A DNA stretch of 64,000 nt from Sphingomonadaceae bacterium (GTDB taxonomy: Bacteria > Pseudomonadota > Alphaproteobacteria > Sphingomonadales > Sphingomonadaceae). Under the pieces are notes generated by a model. That model saw only the letters and a program-made list of their open reading frames with translations, did not search any database and had not been told where the DNA came from. Each line of letters opens with the position of its first letter. Position 1 is the first letter of the stretch. Location: positions 4,932-68,931 of the forward strand of contig CANGJB010000007.1 of the NCBI GenBank assembly GCA_947453945.1, in the 5' to 3' direction. Positions 50,650 through 59,927 of this stretch are shown here, piece after piece. The position numbers and the translations under genes were made by a program.

Positions 50650-50985
50650 CTAGCGCTCCGCGCGCAGCGCTTCGATCTCGCCGCTGATCTGGCTGGCTTC
50701 CGAACAGGCTGCGGTTTCGCCGCGATTGCAGGCGTCCATCCGGCGATTGTACGTCTTCTGCAGCTTGCGGATCTTGTCATCGCGCTTGCGCATGGCGCGG
50801 CCGCGGTTCTCGTCCGCCTCGGACTGGCTGGTCGTGGCCATGTCAGCTGCCTTGGCACCAACCCGCACTGGTGCGGTCACGATGCTGGCGCCGATGCCGG
50901 CTGCCGTGCCGGCGATCGTACTTGCAATGCAGCCTGAGAGCATCAACACGGCGAGCGAGGCGAGAAGCGGCAGCGATCTGGGCAA
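50650..50985 (-). CDS. small lipoprotein
   Basis: GAAAGG RBS + TTG 50985; lipobox LMLSGC; TTSQSEADENRGR segment. Confidence 0.75.
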   Translation of the reverse strand: MPRSLPLLASLAVLMLSGCIASTIAGTAAGIGASIVTAPVRVGAKAADMATTSQSEADENRGRAMRKRDDKIRKLQKTYNRRMDACNRGETAACSEASQISGEIEALRAER

Positions 50986-51047
50986 GCGCGGGGCCTTTCG
51001 GTGTTGGCTACTCGGCTTAGCCGATCCTGCCCCGCAGAGCCATGACT

Positions 51048-51788
51048 TCAAGGCTCACAGATGAGTTTGCCGGTGCCCATCGCGGTGACCTTGCACTGGG
51101 CGCGTCCTTTCACGTGCACATCGCCGGTACCCATGATGGTGGCGGAAACCGTGCCATCCGAGGCGAAGCTGGCGTCACCCGTGCCGGCAATCTCGACGTC
51201 AGCCGAATCGGTTGTGAGCGCGGCGAGATCGGCAGAGCCGGTGCCGGCAATCGAGACCTTGAGCGACTTCGCCTTGCCGCTAGCCTTGAAATCGCCCGAA
51301 CCAATCACTTCTACCTTCAAGGCGTCGGTGTCGACAGACGGAACCTCGATATTGCCGGTTCCCGCGATGCTGACGCTGGTGGTTGGCCCGCGCAGCGCGT
51401 CGGCGCGGATCGTGCCCGAGCCTGCCATGATGAGCCGCGTCGCAGCAGGGACGGTCACCTCTATCGTGGCGCGGTCGTTGCTGCTGCCGATCTTCCAGCC
51501 TTCTCGACCGATGGCGAGCTTGCTGTCCTTGAGCGTGAAACGCAGGCGGTCCTTGATGGAGTCGCTGCCATCGACCTTGATCGCGAGCGTGTCGCCCTGC
51601 ACCACTTGGACCGTATCGGGGCCGAGCAGGGTGATTTCCTCGGGTGCCTTCGCCGAAAGATCGAGCTTCGCGAGCGGCACGCCCGGCGCATCATCGACGG
51701 TGACGGTCATGCCATCGCAGGCGGACAGCGAAAAGGCCATGGCGGTCGCGGCGATGCCGGCCAGCGTCCGCGCAATATCCTTGATCAT
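51048..51788 (-). CDS. GIN/DUF2807 beta-helix lipoprotein
   Basis: Lipobox LSAC; repeated IAGTG/GSG beta-helix units. Confidence 0.9.
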   Translation of the reverse strand: MIKDIARTLAGIAATAMAFSLSACDGMTVTVDDAPGVPLAKLDLSAKAPEEITLLGPDTVQVVQGDTLAIKVDGSDSIKDRLRFTLKDSKLAIGREGWKIGSSNDRATIEVTVPAATRLIMAGSGTIRADALRGPTTSVSIAGTGNIEVPSVDTDALKVEVIGSGDFKASGKAKSLKVSIAGTGSADLAALTTDSADVEIAGTGDASFASDGTVSATIMGTGDVHVKGRAQCKVTAMGTGKLICEP

Positions 51789-51804
51789 GGTGCATCCCTC
51801 CGAA

Positions 51805-51830
51805 TGGTGTGTTGCCCCTATAACGCACCA
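51805..51830. promoter_or_regulatory. imperfect palindrome upstream of the GIN gene (possible GntR/YtrA-type operator)
   Basis: TGGTGTGTT-N8-AACGCACCA (8/9 match). Confidence 0.45.
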
Positions 51831-51895
51831 AACTGCCCCAAGCCACGTCGCTCGCCGATCCGGATGGGCCTTTCACCGGAGAGCCCGCCAGCACG

Positions 51896-51924
51896 AAAAA
51901 GGCCGCCGGAATGATCCGGCGGCC
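51896..51924 (-). terminator. intrinsic terminator of carD
   Basis: GGCCGCCGGA-TCAT-TCCGGCGGCC-TTTTT on the minus strand. Confidence 0.88.
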
Positions 51925-51960
51925 CTGTTTCGGCAGCAAGTGAGGCCCGCAGGCCCCGGC

Positions 51961-52485
51961 TCAGGCCGTTTCGTAGTACTTCGGCGCGTGCTCGTTGAGG
52001 ATCGCAAGGATCTTCTTGAGCGCGGCAGGCTCGTCCGTCTTTTCCATGGCGGCGAGTTCGCGCGCGAGGCGCGAAGACGCTGCTTCGAAGATCTGGCGCT
52101 CCGAATAGCTCTGTTCCGGCTGATCATCGGCACGGAACAGATCGCGGGTCACCTCGGCGATGGAGACGAGATCGCCGGAATTGATCTTGGCTTCGTATTC
52201 CTGGGCGCGGCGCGACCACATCGTGCGCTTAACCTTGGGCTTGCCCTTTAGGGTATCGAGCGCCTCGCGCAGCGTCTTGTCCGAAGACAGCTTGCGCATG
52301 CCGATGGCTTCAACCTTGTTCACCGGAACGCGCAAGGTCATGCGTTCCTTTTCGAAGCGCAGCACATATAGCTGCAGCTTCATGCCCGCAATTTCCTCGT
52401 TCTGAAGTTCCACCACACGGCCGACGCCGTGCTTGGGATAGACGACGTAGTCCCCAACATCGAAGGCAAGTGCCTTGGTTGCCAT
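51961..52485 (-). CDS. carD: CarD/CdnL RNA polymerase-binding activator
   Basis: FDVGDYVVYPKHGVG, MWSRRAQEYEAKINSGD, EQSYSERQ. Confidence 0.96.
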   Translation of the reverse strand: MATKALAFDVGDYVVYPKHGVGRVVELQNEEIAGMKLQLYVLRFEKERMTLRVPVNKVEAIGMRKLSSDKTLREALDTLKGKPKVKRTMWSRRAQEYEAKINSGDLVSIAEVTRDLFRADDQPEQSYSERQIFEAASSRLARELAAMEKTDEPAALKKILAILNEHAPKYYETA

Positions 52486-52685
52486 TGCTTATCCTTTCGG
52501 CGCAGCAGGGACGAGAGCAAAGCGGGGCAAAAGCGCCCCCGGACAGCAATCCGGGCCCTTTGGGGGGAGGTCCGGCAAACGACCGTCTATAAAACGCGGT
52601 CTACAAGCACTGCGATCCGTTTGCCGTTTGTCCTGCCTTAGCGGGTTGTCCGCGTCCGGGAGGATCGTTCCACCCAGCGCTTGCG
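52486..52685 (-). ncRNA. long structured carD 5' leader (candidate cis-regulatory RNA)
   Basis: GCTATATAC -10 element near 52697-52689; 9-bp stem 52573-81/52618-26 with nested and flanking hairpins. Confidence 0.4.
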
Positions 52686-52796
52686 GGCGTATATAGCAGC
52701 TCTGTCACAAAATTGCCAGAGGCAAGGGCGCAAATGCCCGGCGCGCGGGCTATGCGCCGCGCACCGGGTCCAAAGCATGCCGCAATGCCGTGTGGG

Positions 52797-53135
52797 TCAG
52801 TCGCCCTCGCCCGGCTCGGCCGAGAAATACTTGTCGAACTTGCCGGCCTCACCCTTGTGGTCGTCGGCGTCGGCAGGGGCGTCCTTCTTGGTCGTGATAT
52901 TGGGCCACTCGGCCGAGAACTTGGTGTTGAGTTCGAGCCACTGCTCGAGGCCGCTCTCGGTATCGGGAAGGATCGCCTCGGCCGGGCATTCCGGCTCGCA
53001 AACGCCGCAATCGATGCATTCGCTGGGGTTGATCACCAGCATGTTATCGCCTTCGTAGAAACAGTCCACCGGGCAGACCTCGACGCAATCCATGAACTTG
53101 CAGCGAATGCAGGCTTCGGTAACGACATAAGTCAT
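52797..53135 (-). CDS. fdxA: ferredoxin FdxA
   Basis: [30 protein letters not shown]. Confidence 0.96.
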   Translation of the reverse strand: MTYVVTEACIRCKFMDCVEVCPVDCFYEGDNMLVINPSECIDCGVCEPECPAEAILPDTESGLEQWLELNTKFSAEWPNITTKKDAPADADDHKGEAGKFDKYFSAEPGEGD

Positions 53136-53473
53136 GGCAGTGGCAATCCCTCAGGTTCGGTTTCAGTCAGGTTCGTTTGAGCCCGTGCTAGAGGCGGTAA
53201 GCCCGCTGCGTCAAGCACCTCATAGCAACCCCTGGCTTCTTCGACAGGCCCGCGCCGCCAAGGCAGCTGCCCCAAAGCAATGACCTGTACGCCTGCCCTC
53301 AGCGGCAAGACGAGAATGTCGCCGCAGCGGACCGCCGTGCTCGCACGCTCGATACGGCGGCCGTTCAGGCGGATGTGACCCTCTGCCACCCAGTCCTGCG
53401 CGAGGCTGCGCGATCCGGCAAAGCGCAGGAACCAGAGAAGCTTGTCGATCCGCAGCGAGCCTTCGCCGGGCAT
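53132..53473 (-). CDS. RNA-binding S4 domain protein (Hsp15/HslR-like)
   Basis: [19 protein letters not shown]...[15 protein letters not shown]. Confidence 0.9.
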   Translation of the reverse strand: MPGEGSLRIDKLLWFLRFAGSRSLAQDWVAEGHIRLNGRRIERASTAVRCGDILVLPLRAGVQVIALGQLPWRRGPVEEARGCYEVLDAAGLPPLARAQTNLTETEPEGLPLP

Positions 53474-56016
53474 CAGCGCATGAGCTCGGCGAGGGCGGCA
53501 AATGCGCCCGTGGGCGGCGCCAATGGCGTGGGTACGGCGCGCGCCGTCGTGGCGCGCGGCGGGCGCCAGTCCCACAGCGGCGGGGCCGGGGGGCCATGCG
53601 CGGTGTCGGCTAGCGGCCGTGCCATGTGCACCCTAAACCCTGCCGCGCGCAGCAGTGCGGCAAAGCCGGCAGTCGCAAGGCCCATCGAGCGGGCCAGCGA
53701 AGGATCGAGCGCATAGCGCCGGCCCATTGCTCCTATCCGGCGGCGATGTGCTGTCTGGATGAGCTTCTCGGCCATGTCGGCGCGGATCGCTTGCAGCCCG
53801 GCACGGCGATAGCCGGTTGGCGGGTGTTGGGCACCGACCACCGGCGGCAGGCCCGGCGGCGGAGATAGGGGTGCGTTTCCGCGCAACGCGGCCAGCCGGC
53901 ACCACAGCCCCAGCGGCGCGGCGCGCAGAATGGCGGGAACGAAGAGATCGAGCGCGCCTACGCGCACACCGAGCCGGCGCAACATCTCCCGCTTGTGTGG
54001 GTCGAGCAGCTCGAGCCCGGCTTCCTCGCGTGGTAAGACGCCTCCGCCGCCGACAAGCCGCAGCAGCATGGCGCGCAGGTCCGGGCCGGAATCAGCAGCA
54101 CGCGCTGCCTCGGCCAGGCGGAGAAGCGGGCCGAGCTCGGCGGCGATGCGGCCTGCCAGCCAGCCTTCCAGCGCGGCAATGAGCAGCGGCCGCTGGCGCG
54201 CCGAGAGCGTCCCGAGCGACGGATCGAGCCGCAGGCGCGGCTCCAGCACAGATTTGCCCGGCTCCAAACGTGCGACGGCAAGGCCGTTCCAGGTGAGCGC
54301 ACCTTGATCAAGCGCGAGCCCCTGCGAATCGCCAGTGGCCGCTATGAGTGCATCAACCCGGGCGGCAAGCAGGCCGGGCAAGTGGCGCTCGGCGGCGGCC
54401 AGCAGCAGCTTGCGGTCGGCCGCGCGCGCCAATGGATCGACCACGAAGCGGAAGCCTTCGAGGTGGCCGATGGGTTCATCGTCGACGAGTACCGCGCCAG
54501 CCTCGCTCACCCGGACCGGCAGCAGAGATGCGTCGCCGCCCGCCTTGCGCATCAGCACGGTGGTGCGGCGGTTGACGAAGCGCTCAGTTAGCCGGGCGTG
54601 AAGGGCATCGGACAGCCGTGTTTCAACGGCACGGGCGCGGGCCGCCATTTCCTCGCGCGCCATGACCCAGTCGGGGCGCTGGGTGATATAGGCCCAGCTG
54701 CGCACGGCGGCGATTCGGCCTTGCAGCGTATCGATATCACCCGAGGGATTGTCCTGCTGGGCGATGGCCTGCGCAACATAGTCCGCACCAATATAGCCAT
54801 GGCGCAGATCCTGCCAAAGCCGCGCCACGAAGCGCGAATGGGTTTCCGCGCCCTGCTGGCGGAAATCGGGCAACGAGCAGACCTGCCAGAAGCGCTGGAC
54901 CGAGGCGCGGCCGCGCACCGTGCCCCCCACTTCGGGCTCGTCTGCAAGGCGTTTCAGTACGGCCAGATCGATGGCGGGCGGCGCGCTGGAGAGTTCGGCG
55001 CGCGGCGGCGGGCTTTCGAGGTCCTCGATCAGCGTGGCCAGATTGTCGAAACGGGGCTCGGCCTCGCGCCAGAACAGGCGGGTAAGCGGGGGGAAGCGGT
55101 GCTCCTCGATTGCGTAGACTTCCTCGTCGGCGAATTCGGGATCGTGGCCCCCCATCCCCGCGAGCGTGCCAAACGTGCCGTCCTGATGATGGCGCCCTGC
55201 GCGCCCTGCGATCTGCGCCATCTCGGCGGTGGTCAGGCGGCGGTGGCGGTGGCCGTCGTACTTGGAAAGGCCGGCGAAGGCGACGTGAGTGATATCAAGA
55301 TTGAGGCCCATGCCGATCGCGTCGGTCGCGACGAGATAATCGACTTCCCCCGCCTGATACATGGCAACTTGCGCGTTGCGCGTTTGCGGGCTGAGCGCGC
55401 CCATCACCACTGCCGCCCCACCCCGGAAGCGGCGCAGCATTTCGGCCATGGCGTAGACCTGCTCCGCCGAGAACGCGACAATCGCGCTTCTGGGCGGGAT
55501 GCGGCTAAGCTTCTTCGCGCCGACATGGCTCAGCGTGGAAAAGCGTGGCCGGCTGACGATTTCCACGCCCGGCACCAGCGCGCGGACCATAGGCTCCATC
55601 GTGGCCGAGCCTAGCAGCATGGTTTCCTCACGCCCCCGGGTGTGGAGCAGGCGATCGGTGAAGACATGGCCGCGTTCGGGATCCGCGGCGAGTTGCGCTT
55701 CATCGAGCGCAATGAACGCAAGATCCGGCCTGCTGGGCATGGCCTCGACGGTGCAGAGGTGCCAGCGCGCATTGGGCGGCTCGATCCGCTCCTCGCCCGT
55801 GATCAGCGCAACGTTACTCTCACCCTTGATCTTGCAGACCCGGTCATAGACCTCGCGCGCCAAAAGACGCAGCGGAAAGCCGATGGCGCCCGAGGAATGA
55901 GCACAGAGCCGTTCGATGGCGAGGTGGGTCTTGCCGGTGTTGGTCGGGCCGAGCACGGCCTTGACCGACCGATCCTGTCGGTCGCCGCTTCCACGCGCAG
56001 GCAGGTAGCTGGCCAT
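53473..56016 (-). CDS. SUV3/MgpS-like SF2 helicase
   Basis: LGPTNTGKT, PLRLLARE, DEAQ, VATDAIGMGLN, QIAGRAGR. Confidence 0.93.
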   Translation of the reverse strand: MASYLPARGSGDRQDRSVKAVLGPTNTGKTHLAIERLCAHSSGAIGFPLRLLAREVYDRVCKIKGESNVALITGEERIEPPNARWHLCTVEAMPSRPDLAFIALDEAQLAADPERGHVFTDRLLHTRGREETMLLGSATMEPMVRALVPGVEIVSRPRFSTLSHVGAKKLSRIPPRSAIVAFSAEQVYAMAEMLRRFRGGAAVVMGALSPQTRNAQVAMYQAGEVDYLVATDAIGMGLNLDITHVAFAGLSKYDGHRHRRLTTAEMAQIAGRAGRHHQDGTFGTLAGMGGHDPEFADEEVYAIEEHRFPPLTRLFWREAEPRFDNLATLIEDLESPPPRAELSSAPPAIDLAVLKRLADEPEVGGTVRGRASVQRFWQVCSLPDFRQQGAETHSRFVARLWQDLRHGYIGADYVAQAIAQQDNPSGDIDTLQGRIAAVRSWAYITQRPDWVMAREEMAARARAVETRLSDALHARLTERFVNRRTTVLMRKAGGDASLLPVRVSEAGAVLVDDEPIGHLEGFRFVVDPLARAADRKLLLAAAERHLPGLLAARVDALIAATGDSQGLALDQGALTWNGLAVARLEPGKSVLEPRLRLDPSLGTLSARQRPLLIAALEGWLAGRIAAELGPLLRLAEAARAADSGPDLRAMLLRLVGGGGVLPREEAGLELLDPHKREMLRRLGVRVGALDLFVPAILRAAPLGLWCRLAALRGNAPLSPPPGLPPVVGAQHPPTGYRRAGLQAIRADMAEKLIQTAHRRRIGAMGRRYALDPSLARSMGLATAGFAALLRAAGFRVHMARPLADTAHGPPAPPLWDWRPPRATTARAVPTPLAPPTGAFAALAELMR

Positions 56017-56073
56017 ACGATGGAATGTGGCGAGAGGCCGCTTGCAGCGCAAGCGGCCTTTAGGCCTTTATCC

Positions 56074-56108
56074 CCCTCTCGCCTTCGAAAAGCTCAAGCG
56101 CGAGAGGG
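56074..56108. repeat. hairpin / degenerate REP-like element after rpoZ
   Basis: CCCTCTCGC...GCGAGAGGG 9-bp stem around CTTCGAAAAGCTCAAG. Confidence 0.5.
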
Positions 56109-56115
56109 AATGCCG

Positions 56116-56460
56116 TCAGCCGTCGTAGTCGGCACCTAGCGAGGTGTTGCGCACCGGCGCCGCAGCGGTGATGCGCAGCGCTTCAGCCGACTGCGAGAGC
56201 GAGCCGATTTCGTCGACCTGATCGTCGTCGTCCGGCAGCACGCGCTGGAGCGACTGGATCAGGTTTGCCTTGAGCACCGTGGGGCGCACCGTCGCATCAG
56301 CGATCTCGCGCAGGGCGACGACCGGGTTCTTGTCGCGGTCGCGGTCGATGGTCAGTTCCGAACCGCCAGAGATGGCCCGCGCGCGCTCAGCAGCGAGCAG
56401 CACGAGATCGAAGCGGTTGGGGATCTTGTCGACGCAATCTTCGACGGTAACGCGCGCCAT
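56116..56460 (-). CDS. rpoZ: RNA polymerase omega subunit
   Basis: [35 protein letters not shown]. Confidence 0.97.
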   Translation of the reverse strand: MARVTVEDCVDKIPNRFDLVLLAAERARAISGGSELTIDRDRDKNPVVALREIADATVRPTVLKANLIQSLQRVLPDDDDQVDEIGSLSQSAEALRITAAAPVRNTSLGADYDG

Positions 56461-56562
56461 GCCGGGCACTCCGTAAAAACAGGAATGGATGGAAGAGCGG
56501 CGAGCTAGGGCGCGCCCACCAGAAAGTCAAGGAAATGCGGTACCGCCGAGTCTTAGGCCTCG

Positions 56563-58086
56563 TTACTCGTCGTCGTATCCATAGGCCATGTGATCGGGCG
56601 CAAGGTCGCTGAACCTGGTGACCTTGGCTTCGAACTTCATGCGAACCTTGCCCGTGGAGCCGTGACGCTGCTTGGCGACGATCAGCTCTGCCAGCCCGAA
56701 CACGCGCTCCATTTCCGCCTGCCAGGAGGCATGGGCTTCCTGCACCTTGGAGTCGTCCGACCCTTGGGGGACCTTGGGTTCCTTGGCGGCGACGTAGTAA
56801 TCCTCGCGGAACACGAACCAGACCATGTCCGCGTCCTGCTCGATCGAGCCCGATTCGCGCAGGTCCGAAAGCATCGGGCGCTTGTCGTCGCGCTGCTCGA
56901 CAGCGCGGCTGAGCTGCGAAAGCGCGATCACCGGCAGGGCGAGCTCTTTGGCCAGTGTCTTGAGGCCGCGGCTGATTTCCGAGATTTCGTTGACGCGGTT
57001 GTCGCTGGCGCGGCCCGAGCCTTGGAGCAGCTGGAGATAATCGACTACGATGAGGCCGATATCGTGGCGGCGCTTGAGCCGGCGGGCGCGGGTGCGCAGG
57101 GCGCCGATGGTCAGCGCCGGGGTATCATCGATAAAGAGCGGCAGTTCGGCAAGGCGCTGGCTGGCGAAGGAGAGCTGCTGGAAATCCTCGCGGCTGATCC
57201 GCCCCATGCGCAGTGCTTCGGAACTGATGCCCGATTGTTCGGCCAAAATACGCGTGGCGAGCTGGTCCGCGCTCATTTCGAGGCTGAAGAATGCGACGCC
57301 AGCGCCGACCGATTCCTTGAGGCTGATCCCGTCGGCCAGATCGCGGCGCAACCGGTCCGCGGCGTTGAAGGCGATGTTCGTGGCGAGCGAAGTCTTGCCC
57401 ATGCCGGGACGGCCGGCAAGGATGATGAGATCGCTGTCGTGCAGGCCGCCGATCTTCTCGTTGAGCGAGGTGAGGCCTGTGGTCTTGCCCGAGATATGGC
57501 CGCCTGAAAGCAGCGCCTTCTCGATCATCTCGAGCGAAGTGCGCGTGGCGATGCCGAAGCTCTGCGCCTCGTTGCCGGTCTGCGCGCCTTCGGCCACGGC
57601 ATATAGCGCGGCTTCGGCGTGCTCGATCTGCTTGAGCGGGGCGACGGCTTCGCTCGTGTCCATCGCGCCGGTGACGAGATTGCGCCCGACGGTGATCAGC
57701 TCGCGCAGAAGCGCCAGATCATAGATCTGCTCGGCCAGTTCGCGCGGGGCAAGCAGGCCTTGCCCGTCAGCGGTTAGGCGGGCGAGATAGGCCGTACCGC
57801 CCAGCTCCTTGAGGCCCTCGTCCGCTTCAAAATAGGGCTTCAGCGTAACCGGAGTAACGACAGCCTTGCGGTCTATCAGCGCCTGGATGCGTTCATAGAC
57901 CCGGCCGTGAACGGGAGCGAAGAAATGCTCCGAACGCAGCGGCGTGGGGAGTTCCTCGAGAATCCGGTTGTCGATCAGCACCGCGCCCAGGAACGCCGCC
58001 TCCGCCTCCACGTTGGCAGGAAGCGAGGCGACAGGGGCACCGGTTTGATCGGGCTCACGCAATGGGATCGGCTGGACAACGGACAT
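56563..58086 (-). CDS. dnaB: replicative DNA helicase
   Basis: EAEAAFLG, AGRPGMGKT, FSLEMS, VVDYLQL, SQLSR, DLRESGSIEQDAD, KQRHG; no intein. Confidence 0.98.
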   Translation of the reverse strand: MSVVQPIPLREPDQTGAPVASLPANVEAEAAFLGAVLIDNRILEELPTPLRSEHFFAPVHGRVYERIQALIDRKAVVTPVTLKPYFEADEGLKELGGTAYLARLTADGQGLLAPRELAEQIYDLALLRELITVGRNLVTGAMDTSEAVAPLKQIEHAEAALYAVAEGAQTGNEAQSFGIATRTSLEMIEKALLSGGHISGKTTGLTSLNEKIGGLHDSDLIILAGRPGMGKTSLATNIAFNAADRLRRDLADGISLKESVGAGVAFFSLEMSADQLATRILAEQSGISSEALRMGRISREDFQQLSFASQRLAELPLFIDDTPALTIGALRTRARRLKRRHDIGLIVVDYLQLLQGSGRASDNRVNEISEISRGLKTLAKELALPVIALSQLSRAVEQRDDKRPMLSDLRESGSIEQDADMVWFVFREDYYVAAKEPKVPQGSDDSKVQEAHASWQAEMERVFGLAELIVAKQRHGSTGKVRMKFEAKVTRFSDLAPDHMAYGYDDE

Positions 58087-58143
58087 GCCCTCCTTGTGGA
58101 GGAGCGCCGCGCCGGCGGCAAGCGGCGCGGATGCAACACCGCC

Positions 58144-58152
58144 TGTGGATAG
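58144..58152 (-). promoter_or_regulatory. DnaA box upstream of dnaB
   Basis: CTATCCACA, 1 mismatch to TTATCCACA. Confidence 0.55.
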
Positions 58153-58234
58153 CGGGGAGGGATCGTGAAGGAGGGCGGATTCCGCGCGCAAATGGCTTGC
58201 CCGCACCGAAGCCGTCTGCAAGACACTGGCCGCC

Positions 58235-58717
58235 ATGGCCGACCCGCGCATTTCGCATATCGAGCTCGACGAGGCGACGATCGTGTGGCGCAACGCCGAT
58301 ATCGAGCAGGAACGCCGGATCGCGATCTTCGACCTGATCGAGGAGAACACCTTTCGCCCGGTGCGCGCCGCGGCGGCGGGTCACGAAGGCCCGTATCGTC
58401 TCAGGCTTTCGGTTGACGACGGGCGGCTGGCGCTGGCGATTTCGGCTGAAGACGGCAGCCCGCTTGAAACCATCGTGCTGGGCCTGGGGCGCTTTCGCCG
58501 CCCGATTCGCGATTACTTTGCGATCTGCGATTCGTACTATCAGGCGATCCGGCGGGCGACCGCGCAGGAAATCGAGACAATCGACATGGCCCGCCGCGGG
58601 GTGCACAACGAGGCGGCGGAGATGCTGCTCGAGCGGCTCGAGGGCAAGATCGAGACCGATTTCGTCACCGCACGGCGGCTGTTCACCCTGATCTGCGTCC
58701 TGCACATCAGGGGATGA
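58235..58717 (+). CDS. UPF0262 family protein
   Basis: EQERRIAIFDLIEEN, DYFAICDSYY, IETIDMARRGVHNE, TARRLFTL. Confidence 0.93.
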   Translation: MADPRISHIELDEATIVWRNADIEQERRIAIFDLIEENTFRPVRAAAAGHEGPYRLRLSVDDGRLALAISAEDGSPLETIVLGLGRFRRPIRDYFAICDSYYQAIRRATAQEIETIDMARRGVHNEAAEMLLERLEGKIETDFVTARRLFTLICVLHIRG

Positions 58718-59439
58718 TCCGGCCAGCGAGGCACAGTACCGTGAAGAGGTCCCGAAAATGGGCGCGGCAGCGCGCGTGGATGGCGCTGGCGGTGCTTTTG
58801 ATGGCCGGTGCGGGTGCGTTTGCCTGGTGGGGAGCCCGCCATTGGGAGCCTGAGCGCGCGCGCTTCCCGGTGCAGGGTGCCTGGCTTGGGGCCAATGACG
58901 GCACGGTCGATTGGCCCATGCTCAAGGCGCACGGCGCCGATTTCGTCTATCTCACGGCAAGCGAGGGCGCAGGGCGGCGCGATGCGGCCTTTGGCGGTGC
59001 TCTGGCCACGGCGCAGGCGCAGGGCCTTCAGACCGGCGCGGTCCACGTCTATGACCTGTGCGCTCCGGCCGATGCGCAGGCTGCCAATTTCGTCACGGTC
59101 GTGCCGCGCGATGGCACTCTTCTGCCCCCTGCGGTCGCACTTGATCTCGATTCGCGTTCTTGCCCCCAGCCGCCCGGCGAGGCAGCGATGCAAAGCGAGC
59201 TCACCACCTTTCTCAATCAGATTGAGAAGCACACCGAGCGCCCCGCCATCCTCATGATCTCACGCACGTTCGAGGCGCGCTACCACCTCGCGCGGCGGGT
59301 TGATCGCAATCTCTGGCTGGTGGGTGACTTTTTCGAGCCGGCCTATGCCGGGCGGGCCTGGGTGATGTGGACAGCGACCAGCCAGTTGCGCATCGCGGGG
59401 CTTGCGGGCCCGGTGCACTGGGTGGCGGTACACCGATGA
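58714..59439 (+). CDS. glycoside hydrolase family 25 (lysozyme-like) protein
   Basis: N-terminal TM; VDWPML...DFVYLTASEG, QAANF, LPPAV; catalytic acidic residues look degenerate. Confidence 0.8.
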   Translation: MIRPARHSTVKRSRKWARQRAWMALAVLLMAGAGAFAWWGARHWEPERARFPVQGAWLGANDGTVDWPMLKAHGADFVYLTASEGAGRRDAAFGGALATAQAQGLQTGAVHVYDLCAPADAQAANFVTVVPRDGTLLPPAVALDLDSRSCPQPPGEAAMQSELTTFLNQIEKHTERPAILMISRTFEARYHLARRVDRNLWLVGDFFEPAYAGRAWVMWTATSQLRIAGLAGPVHWVAVHR

Positions 59440-59888
59440 GCGGGCTGAGCGAAAGTGCGGCAGCGGAACTTGTCGACGCGGCGCGTGCGGCTTTGCGCGG
59501 TGCTTATGCGCCCTATTCGGGCTTCCATGTCGGCGCGGCGCTGCTTTTTGCCGATGGCGGCTTGGTGAGCGGGGCGAATATCGAGAACGCAAGTTACGGC
59601 CTGTCGCTCTGTGCCGAAGCTGCGGCTATTGCCAAGGCGATGAACGATGGCCGGCGCGGCGGGCTCGTCGCGGTTGCGGTGGCGGGCGGCAGGCCTGATC
59701 AGGCCGGCGCGGTGCTTTCGGGGCCGGAGCCGGTCATGCCCTGCGGACGCTGCCGCCAGATGCTCCATGAAATTGCCGCCCTTGGCGGCACTGATCCTGA
59801 AGTGATCGGGGTGGCAGAAGGTTCGCTGCTGCGCATGCCGCTCTCGGCCCTCTTGCCCCATGCCTTCGGACCGGCCAATCTGGCCTAA
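59436..59888 (+). CDS. cdd: cytidine deaminase
   Basis: AYAPYSGFHVGAA, GANIENASYGLSLCAE, PCGRCRQ. Confidence 0.95.
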   Translation: MSGLSESAAAELVDAARAALRGAYAPYSGFHVGAALLFADGGLVSGANIENASYGLSLCAEAAAIAKAMNDGRRGGLVAVAVAGGRPDQAGAVLSGPEPVMPCGRCRQMLHEIAALGGTDPEVIGVAEGSLLRMPLSALLPHAFGPANLA

Positions 59889-59927
59889 ATCCGTTTCCTT
59901 CCTTTTCTATCAGACCGGAGTGCCGAC

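Noticed and set aside
56563-58086. Intein or intron in dnaB
   Set aside because: Length and motif order are normal; only a short insertion typical of alphaproteobacteria.
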